DNA of 63,966 nt, counting the filler, from Octopus bimaculoides (taxonomy: Eukaryota), in assembly GCF_001194135.2 (NCBI RefSeq). It is 4 parts of 4 records of this genome, joined end to end, with 100 filler letters (N's around TTAATTAATTAA, not from the genome) between each part and the next. Parts side by side here need not be neighbours in the genome. Positions count along the whole stretch, not along the records: positions 19,432 to 31,383 come from NC_068985.1; positions 31,484 to 62,633 come from NC_068996.1; 2 more parts are not named here. The stretch is one strand, 5' to 3'. Shown piece after piece: positions 28,630 through 41,980 of the stretch; the stretch's first letter is position 1, and every line of letters starts with the position of its first letter. A program made the position numbers and the translations under genes. The notes under the pieces are model-generated. The model was not told the origin of the DNA. It did no database searches and saw nothing but the letters and a program-made list of their open reading frames with translations.

Positions 28630-29489
28630 TCTTTGAGAAATAAAAGTCAAAAATACTACTGCAAATACGACACACAACTAAGATCAGATAGAAAATTATC
28701 TTATATGACCTGTCTTTATTTAAGGCAGCTGTGTGCGATTTCAGAGGACATTAGCTGCTATTTAAAACTAGTTGAATCACCGCTAGTAAAGTCACTGTTT
28801 GGCTTTAGTCGATTGTAGCAATAATACATTCGCGATACATTTCGTTTGACAAATACTTGTTCTTTAACGCTTCTGATCGAGAGCGAATGTCAAAAAAATA
28901 TCTTAGTTATTATCATCTTGTCTTATTTTCGCACAGCGTGTCTCAGGGTTATATTTATTTCGCCTTCTTTAAAGAATGCATCTACCACATTTAGGGCGAT
29001 ACTGCTATCATAAATGCAAATAACTCATTGTGTGCCCTCCAAAAGGATGCACGTGATGAGATTACATGAACTCACTCTCAAATACACTTGAGCATTTGGA
29101 CCACAGACGACTTGCTGCCTCACATTCTCACGTGAACAGTCCTATTATAACCTTTATTCATCTCGCATGAATGAACTCACGCCACGACGACCTTTCTGGT
29201 TCCCTCGACACAATCTTCTCTCTCTCTCTCTTTCTCTTTCTCTCTCTCCTTTTCACTCTCTCCCTCCCTCCCTTTCTTTTGATCTCTCTCTCTCTCTCTC
29301 TCTTCCTTTCATTGCCCATGTTAACAAGGTGTCCCACTCTCTTGCCCACAGTAAGATGTCGGCTTTCTGGAATTTCCACACTGTCTGGGTGTACGATCGT
29401 GTATGCATGTTTGTGTGTGCGTTTGTGCATGTGTGCGAGTGCGCATGTGCTCCAATTTCTATGTATATATATACGTGTAATGTCTACAT

Positions 29490-29825
29490 GTGAAGGCGCA
29501 TGGCTCAGTGGTTAGAGCGTGGAACTTACGATTGTGAGGTTGTGAGTTCGATTCCCGGACCGGGCTACATTGTGGTGTTCTTGAGCAAGACACTTTATTT
29601 CACGTTGGTCCAGTTCACTCAGCTGTAGAAATGAGTTGCGACGTCAGAGGTGCCAAGCCATATCGGCCCCTTTGCCTTTCCCTTGGTTAACATCGGTGGC
29701 GAGGAGAGGGGAGGCTGGTATGTATGGGAGACTGCTGGTCTTCCCATAAACAACCTTGCTCGGACTTGTGATTCGGATGGTAACTTTCTAGGTGCAATCC
29801 CATGGTCATTTGTGTCCGAAGGTGG
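29490..29825 (+). mobile_element. tRNA-derived SINE family D with a conserved central domain
   Basis: ggctcagtggttagagcg...gagttcgattcccggacc head, then gtgttcttgagcaagacactttatttcac...cagctgtagaaatgag. A second copy is at 61415-61685. Confidence 0.85.
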
Positions 29826-30117
29826 TGGTGGTGGTGGGGGGGGGGCTCCGAATGTCTACGTATTTNNNNNNNNNNCGAAGGTGGTGGTGGTGGTGGGGGG
29901 GGGGCTCCGAATGTCTACGTATTTGTATTCGTTAAGTTGCAAATTTACATGTGGAGCCTTCAATAAACGCAACGACTTCACCTGTCACAGACGGCGTGCG
30001 TCAGTCTTGAATATAATCGCTTTCATCGATGCATGTAAGCACGTAGGTACGTATGCATGTATGTGTGTATGTATGTATGTGTATGTATGTTTGTATGTAT
30101 GTATGTATGTATGTGTG

Positions 30118-30153
<36 letters not shown>

Positions 30154-31168
30154 TGAGTAAACGTATATATCTATGCCTTCACGCATATATATGGAAGCGT
30201 ACATCCATCCATGTAAGTATGCATGTTTAACTATATATATATATATATATATATNNNNNNNNNNNNNNNNNNNNNNNNNNNNNNNNNNNNNNNNNNNNNN
30301 NNNNNNNNNNNNNNNNNNNNNNNNNNNNNNNNNNNNNNNNNNNNNNNNNNNNNNNNNNNNNNNNNNNNNNNNNNNNNNNNNNNNNNNNNNNNNNNNNNNN
30401 NNNNNNNNNNNNNNNNNNNNNNNNNNNNNNNNNNNNNNNNNNNNNNNNNNNNNNNNNNNNNNNNNNNNNNNNNNNNNNNNNNNNNNNNNNNNNNNNNNNN
30501 NNNNNNNNNNNNNNNNNNNNNNNNNNNNNNNNNNNNNNNNNTATCAACTTACGTCTATTCCTCTGTGGTGTTGTTTCGCATTTATAATAAAATAAATATA
30601 GAGAACTTATAAAAATAATTAAAAAAATATGCAGTACAGTATTTTTTCTACTTCGGGAATTTTCACCTATCGCGGTGGAGGTTGGGTTAGAACGTAACAC
30701 CCGCAATAGACGAGAGATTACTCTGTATGTATTTATGTGTGTATAAAAAGTGTATAGGTGTATGTGTGTATATGAATATAAATGCTTACATACATGCAAG
30801 AAATATGAATATGTATGTATGTATGTATGTATCTATCTATCTATCTACATAATATCAGTGATTTTGATCTGAGGGAGGTTAGTCTTCCCGATCTAGCATC
30901 TCTTCCAACCGCAACCACCTACAGGCTCCTTCGCTATCTCGTTGTAGCAACAGTTGCTAACATAGATTTATTGATGGTTGCGTTGTTGCATGTTGTGAAA
31001 CGTGTCCGGCTGCTGGTAAGCAAGATTAAAATGAATGCAACTAGTAACAGCTGTAACAAATACTTGCACTAACTAAATAACAGGTGCTGTTAGCAATTGT
31101 TATATTCGTGATTGTAGCAGCTGAAGTAGCATTTCTATTAGTAGTAGTAGTAGTAGTAGTAGAGAGAG

Positions 31169-31203
<35 letters not shown>

Positions 31204-31205
<2 letters not shown>

Positions 31206-31383
31206 CACCTCCCACATCTTCCCTAATCGACCCCTCCCCTCCTTCAAACGAGCCCACAACCTACGGGACCTCTTGGTCCACAGCTTCTTCCCCAACCCAA
31301 CCTCCCAACCTGGCTCTTTCCCCTGCTCCCGTCCACGCTGCCGCACTTGCCCTTACCTCTCCAACACCACCCTCCTCACCAGC
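31204..31383 (+). mobile_element. Penelope-like element fragment (linker / Cys motif before GIY-YIG)
   Basis: Translation SFKRAHNLRDLLVHS...PGSFPCSRPRCRTCPY. Confidence 0.75.
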
Positions 31384-31483
31384 NNNNNNNNNNNNNNNNN
31401 NNNNNNNNNNNNNNNNNNNNNNNNNNNTTAATTAATTAANNNNNNNNNNNNNNNNNNNNNNNNNNNNNNNNNNNNNNNNNNNN
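31384..31483. other. Artificial 100-bp scaffold join
   Basis: 44 N + TTAATTAATTAA + 44 N. Confidence 0.92.
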
Positions 31484-32036
31484 GTGAGAGGTGAGAGGGA
31501 GAGAGAATGTGATAATGATTACTGTTTACAGAAGAGGAAACTAACAACAAGAAATATAACAAAACCATCTCATTTGTCAGCTTGAACCTATAACATCGTT
31601 GCTGTTGTTAATGTTAATGTTTGATGTTGTTTCTGTTATGGTTGTTGTTACTGCTGCTATTGTCACTGCTGCTGTTGTTGTTGTTGTTGTTGTTGTGTTG
31701 TTGTGTTGTTGTTGTTCCTGCTGATGTTATTGTTATTGGTGTTGTGATTGTAGTTGTTTGGTTGTTGTTTTTGTTGTTGGTGATGTTGTTGTTGTTGGTG
31801 GTGGTGTTATTGCTCAGTACAAGGTGAGCTCTGATCCAACAAACCTGCTTTTAAAAGCATTCCACCTATGACCATCACTTCTTATTCTATTTTGTTTTTT
31901 TTTTCAGTAAAACTAAGACCACATTAACAGCACACTTGTTTCTCTCTAAGATGATGGGATGTAATCTAATGGAGATTTGGCTGCTATTTTTAGTAGATTC
32001 AACAACCATGCAAATGCTCCCTCATTAGCTCAACAA

Positions 32037-32475
32037 CATATTTCTTTTCTACCCTAGGCACAAGGCCAAAAATTTTGGGGGAGGAGGCCAGTCGATTATA
32101 TCGACCCCAGGACACAACTGGTACTTAATTTATCGACCCCGAAAGGATGAAAGGCAAAGTCGACCTCAGTGGAATTTGAACTCAAAACATAAAGACAGAT
32201 TAAATACTTCTAAGCATTTTGCCCAGTGTACTAATGTTTCTTATTTCTTTATTGCCCACAAGGGGCTAAACATAGAGGGGACAAGCAAGGACAGACAAAC
32301 AGATTAAGTCGATTACATCGACCCCAGTGCGTAACTGGTACTTATTTAATTGACCTCGAAAGGATGAAAGGCAAAGTTGACCTCGGTGGCATTTGAACTC
32401 AGAACGTAGCAGAAGACAAAATACCGCTAAGCATTTCGCCCAGTGTACTAACGTTTCTGGCAGCTTGCTGCCTTA
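32037..32475 (-). mobile_element. Composite (dimeric) SINE A with an internal ~65-bp LINE-like tail, flanked by a 10-bp TSD
   Basis: Two family A units are separated by a segment at 32242-32305. agctcaacaa lies at 32027-32036 and 32476-32485. Confidence 0.8.
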
Positions 32476-32745
32476 AGCTCAACAATGTATTTATGTTATT
32501 TATGTGTGTGTGAATATCAAAATGTTAGTGATATATGAGGCTAATGTATGTGTTTGTGTTGTTTCTGAGTGTGTATGTGTGTGTGTTTGTTTGAAAGAGA
32601 GAGAAATTGTGGGGGGATGGGTGGCACAGTGTTATTTTGGTATATTTGTCTAATTGTATAAAAGAAGGTGAGAAATAGAGACACTACACACACACACGCA
32701 CACACATACATACACTACATGTATGCATGTACATACACATATAAA

Positions 32746-32850
<105 letters not shown>

Positions 32851-33199
32851 CTCTATGTGCATGTGTGTGTATTTTTGTGAGTGATGTTATTCTAGTATTG
32901 ATAAGCTGAAAGTTTTAGACATAGTATCAGAGTTATTAGAGAGAAATACAGTAGAATTTGAATAAATTGTAAAAGGGTGAGTATTCACTTGGAATAATAC
33001 GACGTAAATGATCAGATTCACTGCAATGATTTTATTGTGCTTCAGAACAGATATTTTTGTGTACATTAACTCCAGTTACCAAGCTGCCATAAATAAGTGC
33101 CAGCTCAATGTCATTCAGTCTTAGACAACAATTGACCAATCAGTTTGTCTAGCTGTCAGTAACAGGTACCTGGTCAATGTGGTTTAGTCTCATACCACA

Positions 33200-33724
33200 A
33201 ACTCTTAATAAGTTCCTATTACTGACAGCCTGGTGAAAAATTCTAGGTATGGAAGCAGAACCTAGAATCAAAAGGCCTCAAAGTTAACTTAGCAAAGACC
33301 AAAGTTCTTGTAAGTAGGGAAACAGGCTGTATCACCTCCCCTCATGTGAATGACCTTGCTCATTATGTTGGAAAAACAAAGGTAGGAATTTCATATGGTG
33401 TACCTAATGCAAACTTTGGATACTCAAAAAGGTGCAGTGGAAGCATAGGAAGGTTAACAGAATAAGTAGTGTTTGTATGTGGAAGACATATTGAAGCAAT
33501 ATACACTAAGGTTACGCAGGAAACTGATTTTCTCTAATGCCCTGGAAGTTACCAAGAGGTAGTAGATATTTTCTGTTACCTAGGTGATCCAGTTAGTGGT
33601 GGAGGATGATGTTCTGAAAATACAGTTGTTACAAATAAGAATAGAGTGGAAAAAGTTCAGAGAGCTATTACCTATGCTATCTCCAAAAAGTCTCTCTGTC
33701 TCTGCTTGCTTGCCTGTCTATCTG

Positions 33725-33806
<82 letters not shown>

Positions 33807-34250
33807 AGTGAAGGATAGATTGTATAATGCATGTGTACGAACAGCAATGCTAGATGATAGTGAGACAAGGGTCATGTATGCAGAGGACATGCAAAGATTA
33901 GAGTGGAATGAAACTAATATACTCTGTTGGAAGTGCAATATTAGTGTACATGTTGAACAAAGTGCTAAGTTATAAAATGCTAAGTTAGGCATAAGAGGAA
34001 TCAGATGCAGTGTGCAAGGGAGAAGACTACACTGGTATGGTCATGTGACGTATATGAATGAGAGCTGCTACATAAAGAAGTGTCAATCACTTAAATTGCG
34101 TTGGAACTTATGGAAGAGGGAGGCCTAAGAAAACAGAATAAAGTAATAAAGGTGGATATCAAGATGTTGAGCCTAACTGAGGAGATGACAAAAGACTGAG
34201 ATTATAGGTGATCCACTGTACTTGAGACCCATCCATTATCGTAAAAATGA
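33200..34250 (+). mobile_element. Degenerate RTE-clade LINE, 3' part, interrupted by (CT)n
   Basis: WKQNLESKGLKVNLAKTKVLV, a Cys-rich segment, FCYLGD, RIEWKKFRELLPML, LYNACVRTAMLDDSET, and a GRGRPKK-like end. Confidence 0.85.
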
Positions 34251-36611
34251 TGTCCTAAAAACAGCTTGTATAGGCTTATGACTCACTTTGCCTCAATTCT
34301 CTAACACCCAGTGTCCCCACTCCCCATCACTCCTTTGTCTATAGCACTACTCAGCAGCTGTAATCTCCTGCACTGCCAATTAACTCCTCCACACCTGGAG
34401 CATTCCATCCCTTATTCTCATTATCCTCCCTTCCTTTCCTACATTATTCTTACCAAAGACCTCCTTTCTGTCCTCTAGACAGCTCCCTTTTCTACCATTC
34501 TACATCTTATCACCTTACATACCTGCTTAACAGCCTCTCATATCCACCATCATGCTCCATTCTTAACAGCCTCTCATATCCATCATCATGCCCCACGCAC
34601 TATACCCATTTTATGTATCCCACCTCTCCGTCTCCAACACTCCTTTATACAGTACCTCACCCCTCTACCTTATGATCTAGCCTCCTGATCCACTGACATT
34701 TCCCACTAATGCACATCCACCATTGCTCATTCGTTATATTCACCCCTACCCCCATCTCTAAACACCTGTTACTCTTCCCTCACACTCTTATAAAACTACC
34801 CACTCTTCCCCCCCCCCTGGATCCACTCATCATATCCTCTCTTAGGCTCACCTTCTTGTACCCTGGGAGTTTGCCCTGGTACTCCTTCATTCATCTCTTT
34901 ATCTTCTTCCCAGTTACTACTACTCACCCTTATATAATGTTGGGTAGCCATGTGTGTCCCCTATAGCAAAACATCTGTGTTTGTCCCTCCATCTTACTTT
35001 AGCCTCTGAGCACCTGGCATAAAGCCTCCTCCCCTTTCCTAATGACTTCCATCCTGTATATTCACAAGGGCTTTTCCCTTCCTTTTCTACCTCACAACAT
35101 ACTTGGCAACCTCACTATTGCTAGTGGCATGAAAAAAAAAGCATCTAGTACACACTGTAAGATGATTGGTGTTAGGAAGAGCATCCAGTTGCAGTGACCG
35201 TGTCAAAGTTGACACTGAAGCTTGGCACACCCTGCAGCTTGCCAGGTCCTTCAAAATGTCTGTCTCATGACAGCATGGGAAATTAGTGTTAAATAATGAT
35301 ATATATGGGATGAGGTGGTGAAGCATGATCTTTGAACTTTGGACTTCACAGAAGCAATGGCTAGTCACTGAGGGTAACTCGTTTTTGATTATTGGCTAGT
35401 AAACCAAACCTGATTTTCTTTTAAATATTGACTGCCTGAATATTTTTTGAAACCTAAAACATATATTGGGGCAATAGAACACACGTTCAAAAGATGTCAT
35501 TACAAGCAAAAATATTGATTTGTTAGCCCTAACAGAAAATTTACTACAGCTTCTGAAAAAGTTTATATGGTTCTTGTATGAGACAAGTCCTCATGAATTC
35601 AAAATTAGCTGGTCTATTTTATCTAAAGCACAACCTTACAGGAGTGGGAGCTTCAAAACATAGATGTGGTGTGACTTTTGATCGAACAAAAAACTGAGAA
35701 CTTTGACTCAAAGCACCAATAGGTTGAATAAAAGAAATGAATTATTAATGCCTTGTATGCACAAGGCCAAGTATCTTTTATGAAATTACAAGCCTCCTTG
35801 AATTTTGTTCTGGTTCACAAAAAACACCAACAAAAAAAAACAGTTTTTGAAGTGTATAATAGGCTTTATTCATATATGTTTTAATGTGCCTATGTGTGTG
35901 TGTGTGTGTGTNNNNNNNNNNNNNNNNNNNNNNNNNNNNNNNNNNNNNNNNNNNNNNNNNNNNNNNNNNNNNNNNNNNNNNNNNNNNNNNNNNNNNNNNN
36001 NNNNNNNNNNNNNNNNNNNNNNNNNNNNNNNNNNNNNNNNNNNNNNNNNNNNNNNNNNNNNNNNNNNNNNNNNNNNNNNNNNNNNNNNNNNNNNNNNNNN
36101 NNNNNNNNNNNNNNNNNNNNNNNNNNNNNNNNNNNNNNNNNNNNNNNNNNNNNNNNNNNNNNNNNNNNNNNNNNNNNNNNNNNNNNNNNNNNNNNNNNNN
36201 NNNNNNNNNNNNNNNNNNNNNNNNNNNNNNNNNNNNNNNNNNNNNNNNNNNNNNNNNNNNNNNNNNNNNNNNNNNNNNNNNNNNNNNNNNNNNNNNNNNN
36301 NNNNNNNNNNNNNNNNNNNNNNNNNNNNNNNNNNNNNNNNNNNNNNNNNNNNNNNNNNNNNNNNNNNNNNNNNNNNNNNNNNNNNNNNNNNNNNNNNNNN
36401 NNNNNNNNNNNNNNNNNNNNNNNNNNNNNNNNNNNNNNNNNNNNNNNNNNNNNNNNNNNNNNNNNNNNNNNNNNNNNNNNNNNNNNNNNNNNNNNNNNNN
36501 NNNNNNNNNNNNNNNNNNNNNNNNNNNCACCACCACCATCACCATCACCACCGTCACCGTCACCACCGTCACTGTCACCACCACCACCACCACCACCACC
36601 ATCATCATCAT

Positions 36612-37225
36612 TTAGCGTCCGTTTTTTTCATGCTGGTATGGGTTGAATGGCTTGACTGAAAACTGGTCAGCTGGAGAGCTGCACCAGATTTCAATCTGAT
36701 TTGGCATGGTTTCTACAGCTGGATGCCTTTACTAATACCAACCACTCCAAGTGTGTAGTGGATGCTTTTTACGTGCCACTGGCATGGGTGCCAGTTACGA
36801 AGCACTGACATGACAGGTCTTCTCAAGCACGGTATATTGCCAAAAGTCTTGGTCACTTGTCACTGTCTTGAAGGGGGCTTTGTACATGTCACTGGCACAG
36901 GTGCCAGATATATGACACTGGCCTTGACCACAACTACAATTTTACTTGGCTTGATGGGTCTTCCCAAGCATAACATATCGCCCAATATTTGAAGGGTACT
37001 TTTTATGTGTCATGCCATGAGTGCCAGTTACACAACACTGGCATCGGTCATAATTGTGATTTCACTTGGCTTGACAGGTTTTCTCAAGCACAGCATATCG
37101 CCAAAGGTCTTAGTCACTTGTCATTGCCTCCATGTGGCCCAACATTCAAAGATCATGCTTCATCACCTTGTCCCATGTCTTCCTGAGTCTACCTCTACCA
37201 CAGGTTCCTTCCACAGTTAGAGATC
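36612..37225 (-). mobile_element. Interspersed repeat (probable LINE 3' end or SINE) with internal ~120-130 bp subrepeats; related copies near 35100-35370, 37815-38085 and 40210-40450
   Basis: Shared ggcatggtttctacagctggatgcc...ctaa(t/c)accaaccactc block. Subrepeats contain gtcttctcaagcac.g.atat.gccaa. Confidence 0.6.
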
Positions 37226-37231
37226 GGCATT

Positions 37232-37273
<42 letters not shown>

Positions 37274-38077
37274 TGAGTGAAGGAATGATAGAAAGTATCA
37301 GTCAACACAGAGTTATAAGTATTTAATAACTGTTTGGCTCAGCTCCACATTACTTAAAGTTTCATGGGTGTGTAGACATGTCCACCTCATCTCAGAACAT
37401 TTGATAGAGTGGATGTGCACATGAAACCTCAAGTTATGTGAAGTCAAACTTTTATTAATATATGTATTTGTGCATGTATGTATATGTGTGTTTTTCTTTA
37501 CAATTGTATTCTATGAAATCTGCTTGCTATGAGCCAGCATTGTTGTCATTTTGTCAGGCAATAAATTATCTGCTCGCTTTATACCTTCAAACATATAAAA
37601 TAAGAGAGCCCTTACTTGAAAAATAGATAGGTGTTAGAAACAGGAAGGGCATCAGGCTGTAAAACAATAATATAATATATACAATATATTATATAACCGT
37701 TAATGTTTGTCTTCCATGCTGGCATAGAATATTAATGATATATCCATCTGAGCCATCAGAGCATGGTAAAATGAATAAAAAAATGAATGAATGAATTATA
37801 TATCATCATCATTATTTAACATCTGCTTTCTATGTTGGCATGGGTTAAACTGTCTGACTGGAAATGGCAAGCCAGAGAGCTGTGCCAGGTTCCAGATTGA
37901 TTTTGGCTTGGTTTCTATGGCTGGATGCTCTACCTAACACTAACCACTCTACAGAGTGCAGTGGATGCCTATTACATGTGACCGGCACTGGCCACACAAC
38001 TACAATTTCACTTGGCTTGATGAGTCTTCTCAAGTACAGCAAATTGTCAAAGTCACAATCACTTGTCATTACCTCTA

Positions 38078-38113
<36 letters not shown>

Positions 38114-38370
38114 GGCAATCCAGCAAAATCATTAGCACATGGGACAAAATCCTTGGCGGCATTTATTCTGACTTTTTACTTTCTGCATTTGCCTTTCATA
38201 TCAGTGGGGTCAACAGAAGAAAGTACCAGTGAAGTACTGGGGTCACTGTAATCAACTTGCCCCTCCCATCAAAATTGCAAATTTGCTGATCTTGCACCCT
38301 GCAATGGAGAATGTTGTGATCTTAGTCACTTGTATACCATGGAAACCGGGTAACCGGCTTTGGGTAAATA

Positions 38371-38410
<40 letters not shown>

Positions 38411-39324
38411 ATACACACACATATCTATATACATATATATATATTTATATATACTTATATATATATATCAAGTAAAATTTAATTGCTAACATAATTTGGC
38501 TGTCCTGTAAGGGACATTGTTACTGTTTATTATTATTCTATTTATAGATCAGTGGCTGTGTGTCACATTGAAATCTATATGTTCGAACCATGAATTCAGC
38601 AACGCCACCTAGCCAAGCAGCTACTCTGTGTTGATGAAGAGCAATAACCCTGAAACTAGTCCACAGATGTTGTTTTGTGCTGGGGCAGGGATGTTGAATT
38701 CCTGGTTCAAAAATATAAGGACACAGATAATATGTCACATAGCCAGCTTGAAACAATGTTTCTTGGGGCTAATAAACAGTAACAATGTCCCATCCAGGAC
38801 AGACTTATTATGTTGGCAATTAAATTTTACTTTAAAGAAATGTTACTGTATATATCTCTCTCAGAGATTTAGAAATAATACTATTTCTGTTAACACACAC
38901 ACACACACATATGTGTGTGTGTGTGTGTCACTTTGACTGTGAGTCACTTTGAAAAGTATATACTTTGAACAAGAACTAATGTCACCATCTCTAGCCAAGC
39001 GATTATTTTGTGCTGATGTAGGGAAATAACCCAGAAACCATTGGTACACAGATATTGCTTTGAGCTGAGTGAGAACACCATCCCCCTTGTCCGAAAATAT
39101 AAGGAACCAATTAGTGCATCAATAGCCAGCTGGAAACGATGTTTTCCAGTGGCTAAATAACAGCAATATTTGTCCTAACCAGGACTGCCACTCTATGTTG
39201 ACAAATAAGCTTTACTCTGTCGTACTGTTGCTGCATGTTTCTCGCTCAGATATTTAGAACTAATAATTTCTCTATTTATATATATATATATCTATCTAGA
39301 TTTATCTGTATCTCTCTCACTATG

Positions 39325-39362
<38 letters not shown>

Positions 39363-39423
39363 TGTGTGTCTGTGTATCCGTGCACATGCAAGAATGTGTG
39401 CATAACATAATTTATCCATCCAT

Positions 39424-39473
<50 letters not shown>

Positions 39474-41418
39474 GTCTATCTATCTGTCTATTTATCAATT
39501 AACTGCTCATGCCATATGATTATTTCATAATTAAATTGTTAAATACCTATAGCTTCAGACACAAAACAATGTATACGAATATATATCTGCTAACTGTAAA
39601 AAAATGAGTTACCTGAAATATTCATTCCTGAATAACAAATACCTAACTCATTCTCATGCTCAAAGCAGAAGTAAAGACCAAATTCCACTCTGTTTTTGTC
39701 TGAGAAAATTCAGAGAATCTGCAATAAGCATAGTATCAGAGCTATGTTCAAAATAACACTACATTCTGCCAATTCCTTATCAAATTTAAGTGTTCTGTTT
39801 AGAACATAAAAGCTGTATTTATACAGAGCTGATGCTATGGGTATGGTTTAGACAAACAAAGCAACTACCAAGGGTTCTAACATCTAGGAGTGTAAAGGAA
39901 GTTCTGAACACCTTAGACAAAATTTTTTAATCAAATGAAAAACATGGAAACTTAACAACAAAGAGGGCACAAGCTGGTGTGGTTACACTTGAAAGAGAGG
40001 GTGAAGAACACTGTTCAGGTAGTGGTGGAGAAAAGAAAACAGTTGTAAGTTGATATGACCAGCCATGTGATTTCGTGTGCAGCTTTTCAAATTTTACCTG
40101 ATAACAGCAGGGCCAGATTAAAACCAATAGAGGTCCTAAGCACTTAAAAGACTTTTGTGCCCCCACATATATGCAATTCAAAATATAAACAATAATAAAC
40201 TATTAAGTGACTGAAACCTTTGGTGATGATATGCTGTGCTTGAGAAGACATGTCAAACCAAGTCATGGCCAATGCTGGTGTCACATAACTGGTGCCCATG
40301 CTGGTGGCACATAAAAAGCATCCATTACACTCTTGGAGTAGTTGACATTAGGAAGGGCATCCAGCCATAGAAACCATGCCAAACCAGACTGGAACGTGGT
40401 GCAGTTCCAGTAAAATTGTCTAACCCATCTGGTAAGCAGACATTAAATGATGATTTTTATTTTGCAAAATGAAGAAAAATTAACTGTAAGTTGGAAAATA
40501 ATGTTTATTTTTGTATACTTCCACTTAATTTATATTTGTTAAGTTTTCTCTTACTTTTTTTAATTGCAAAGTCTTTGATCAGATCCTCAAAATTAATACT
40601 ACATAACAAATCTGCTTCTATACTTCGTAGTGATATGGCATCTATCACTATTTTTGCATAGTTGTTCAGATGGGATTTTCAACATACAACTGAGAAAATG
40701 AACACTCAGCTGAGCAATTTGTAATGATTAATGTTAAAAATACTTGAAAGGTAATGTCTACATTTGGAAAGGCACAATCAATAATGTTTACTTTAGCAAG
40801 TTTAAAGTGATTTCTTATGTTCTGTAAACCATTTACCATTTCTGTAGTGCACTTCCCTTCCCTTGGTGCTCTAAGCCTGTGCTTATTTTGCTTAATGATT
40901 AATAGAGTGCTGGATAACATGAGATGACTGACAACATTATAGCATGGTATATTGGATGTGCCATTTGAGTGGTTGCGAATAACAATGTGTAAATGAATTG
41001 AGAGATAAACTGGGTATAAAAGAAACCAGATATGTGTGTATGTGTATGTATGTATGTATGTATGTGTTTTAAGATCCACAAAGATCAGAACCTAACTGCA
41101 GTTCTTGGTGGTCCAAAGAAGATATGCAATTTATGTGAGTATCTTTTCAAAACATTGTCTGGTTTAAAAAGCCACATCAGACACCATGATAGATCTAAGG
41201 TGTAGGTACAGGAGGTGGTCAGATACTGCAAAAGGAATAGGTAACCACCATATATGTATACATGTATGTACGTATGTTTGTGTGTGTGTGTGTGTGTGTG
41301 TATGTAGGTGTATGTGTATATATGTATGCATGTGTGTGTTTGTGTATCTATGTATGTATGTATACATACATATGTATTTATATCATTATCGATCACACAT
41401 GCTTAATATATATGCCTT

Positions 41419-41899
41419 GTGTATTTGTCAGTAGGCTGCGATTTGACATGGTGGAGATTACTCCCTCAAAGCACCAGGTGTTAAAACACCTGAAAGTCAC
41501 AAACAGGTGAGACAACCCACCCCAGATCACATTCAGGAATGATGGACATTGAAAATTGTGAAAGACATAGAGTCTTCCAGAAGCCACCTTCTTGACTCAG
41601 GGCAGTACTATCTCCTCCAGGCACTTGATGTAGGCCTCAGTGTTGAGTCTGAGGCTGTGTAGGAAGATGAATGGAGGCATAACATTGCCATCACTAGTGA
41701 TCACTCCAAACACAATGATGTTGACTGGATGTTTGATTTTTATTACTCTCGGGACATGTCCTCAGACTGACACCCAAACACTCTTGAATGGGGTTTGGGT
41801 GAGTTTTCAAACCTGTCCATAACTTTTAGGCATTTTAACATCAGGCACTTTGAGCGAGTAATTTCCACTATGCCAAACCACAGCCTCTGGCAAACACAC
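41419..41899. mobile_element. Foldback element with ~110-bp diverged arms enclosing a Tc1-family transposase fragment
   Basis: 41419-41525 is a diverged inverted copy of 41790-41899. The core 41563-41780 matches 42402-42620. Confidence 0.65.
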
Positions 41900-41980
41900 A
41901 GGTAATGTACGTCTTGTGTGGTAAATAAGGATTATTATAATAGCATGCTTCTATTTTATATTTGAATATATATATACATA

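Noticed and set aside
29817-29924. Direct repeat of ~49 bp on either side of a 10-N gap
   Set aside because: Identical sequence flanking a tiny gap is most simply an unmerged contig overlap.
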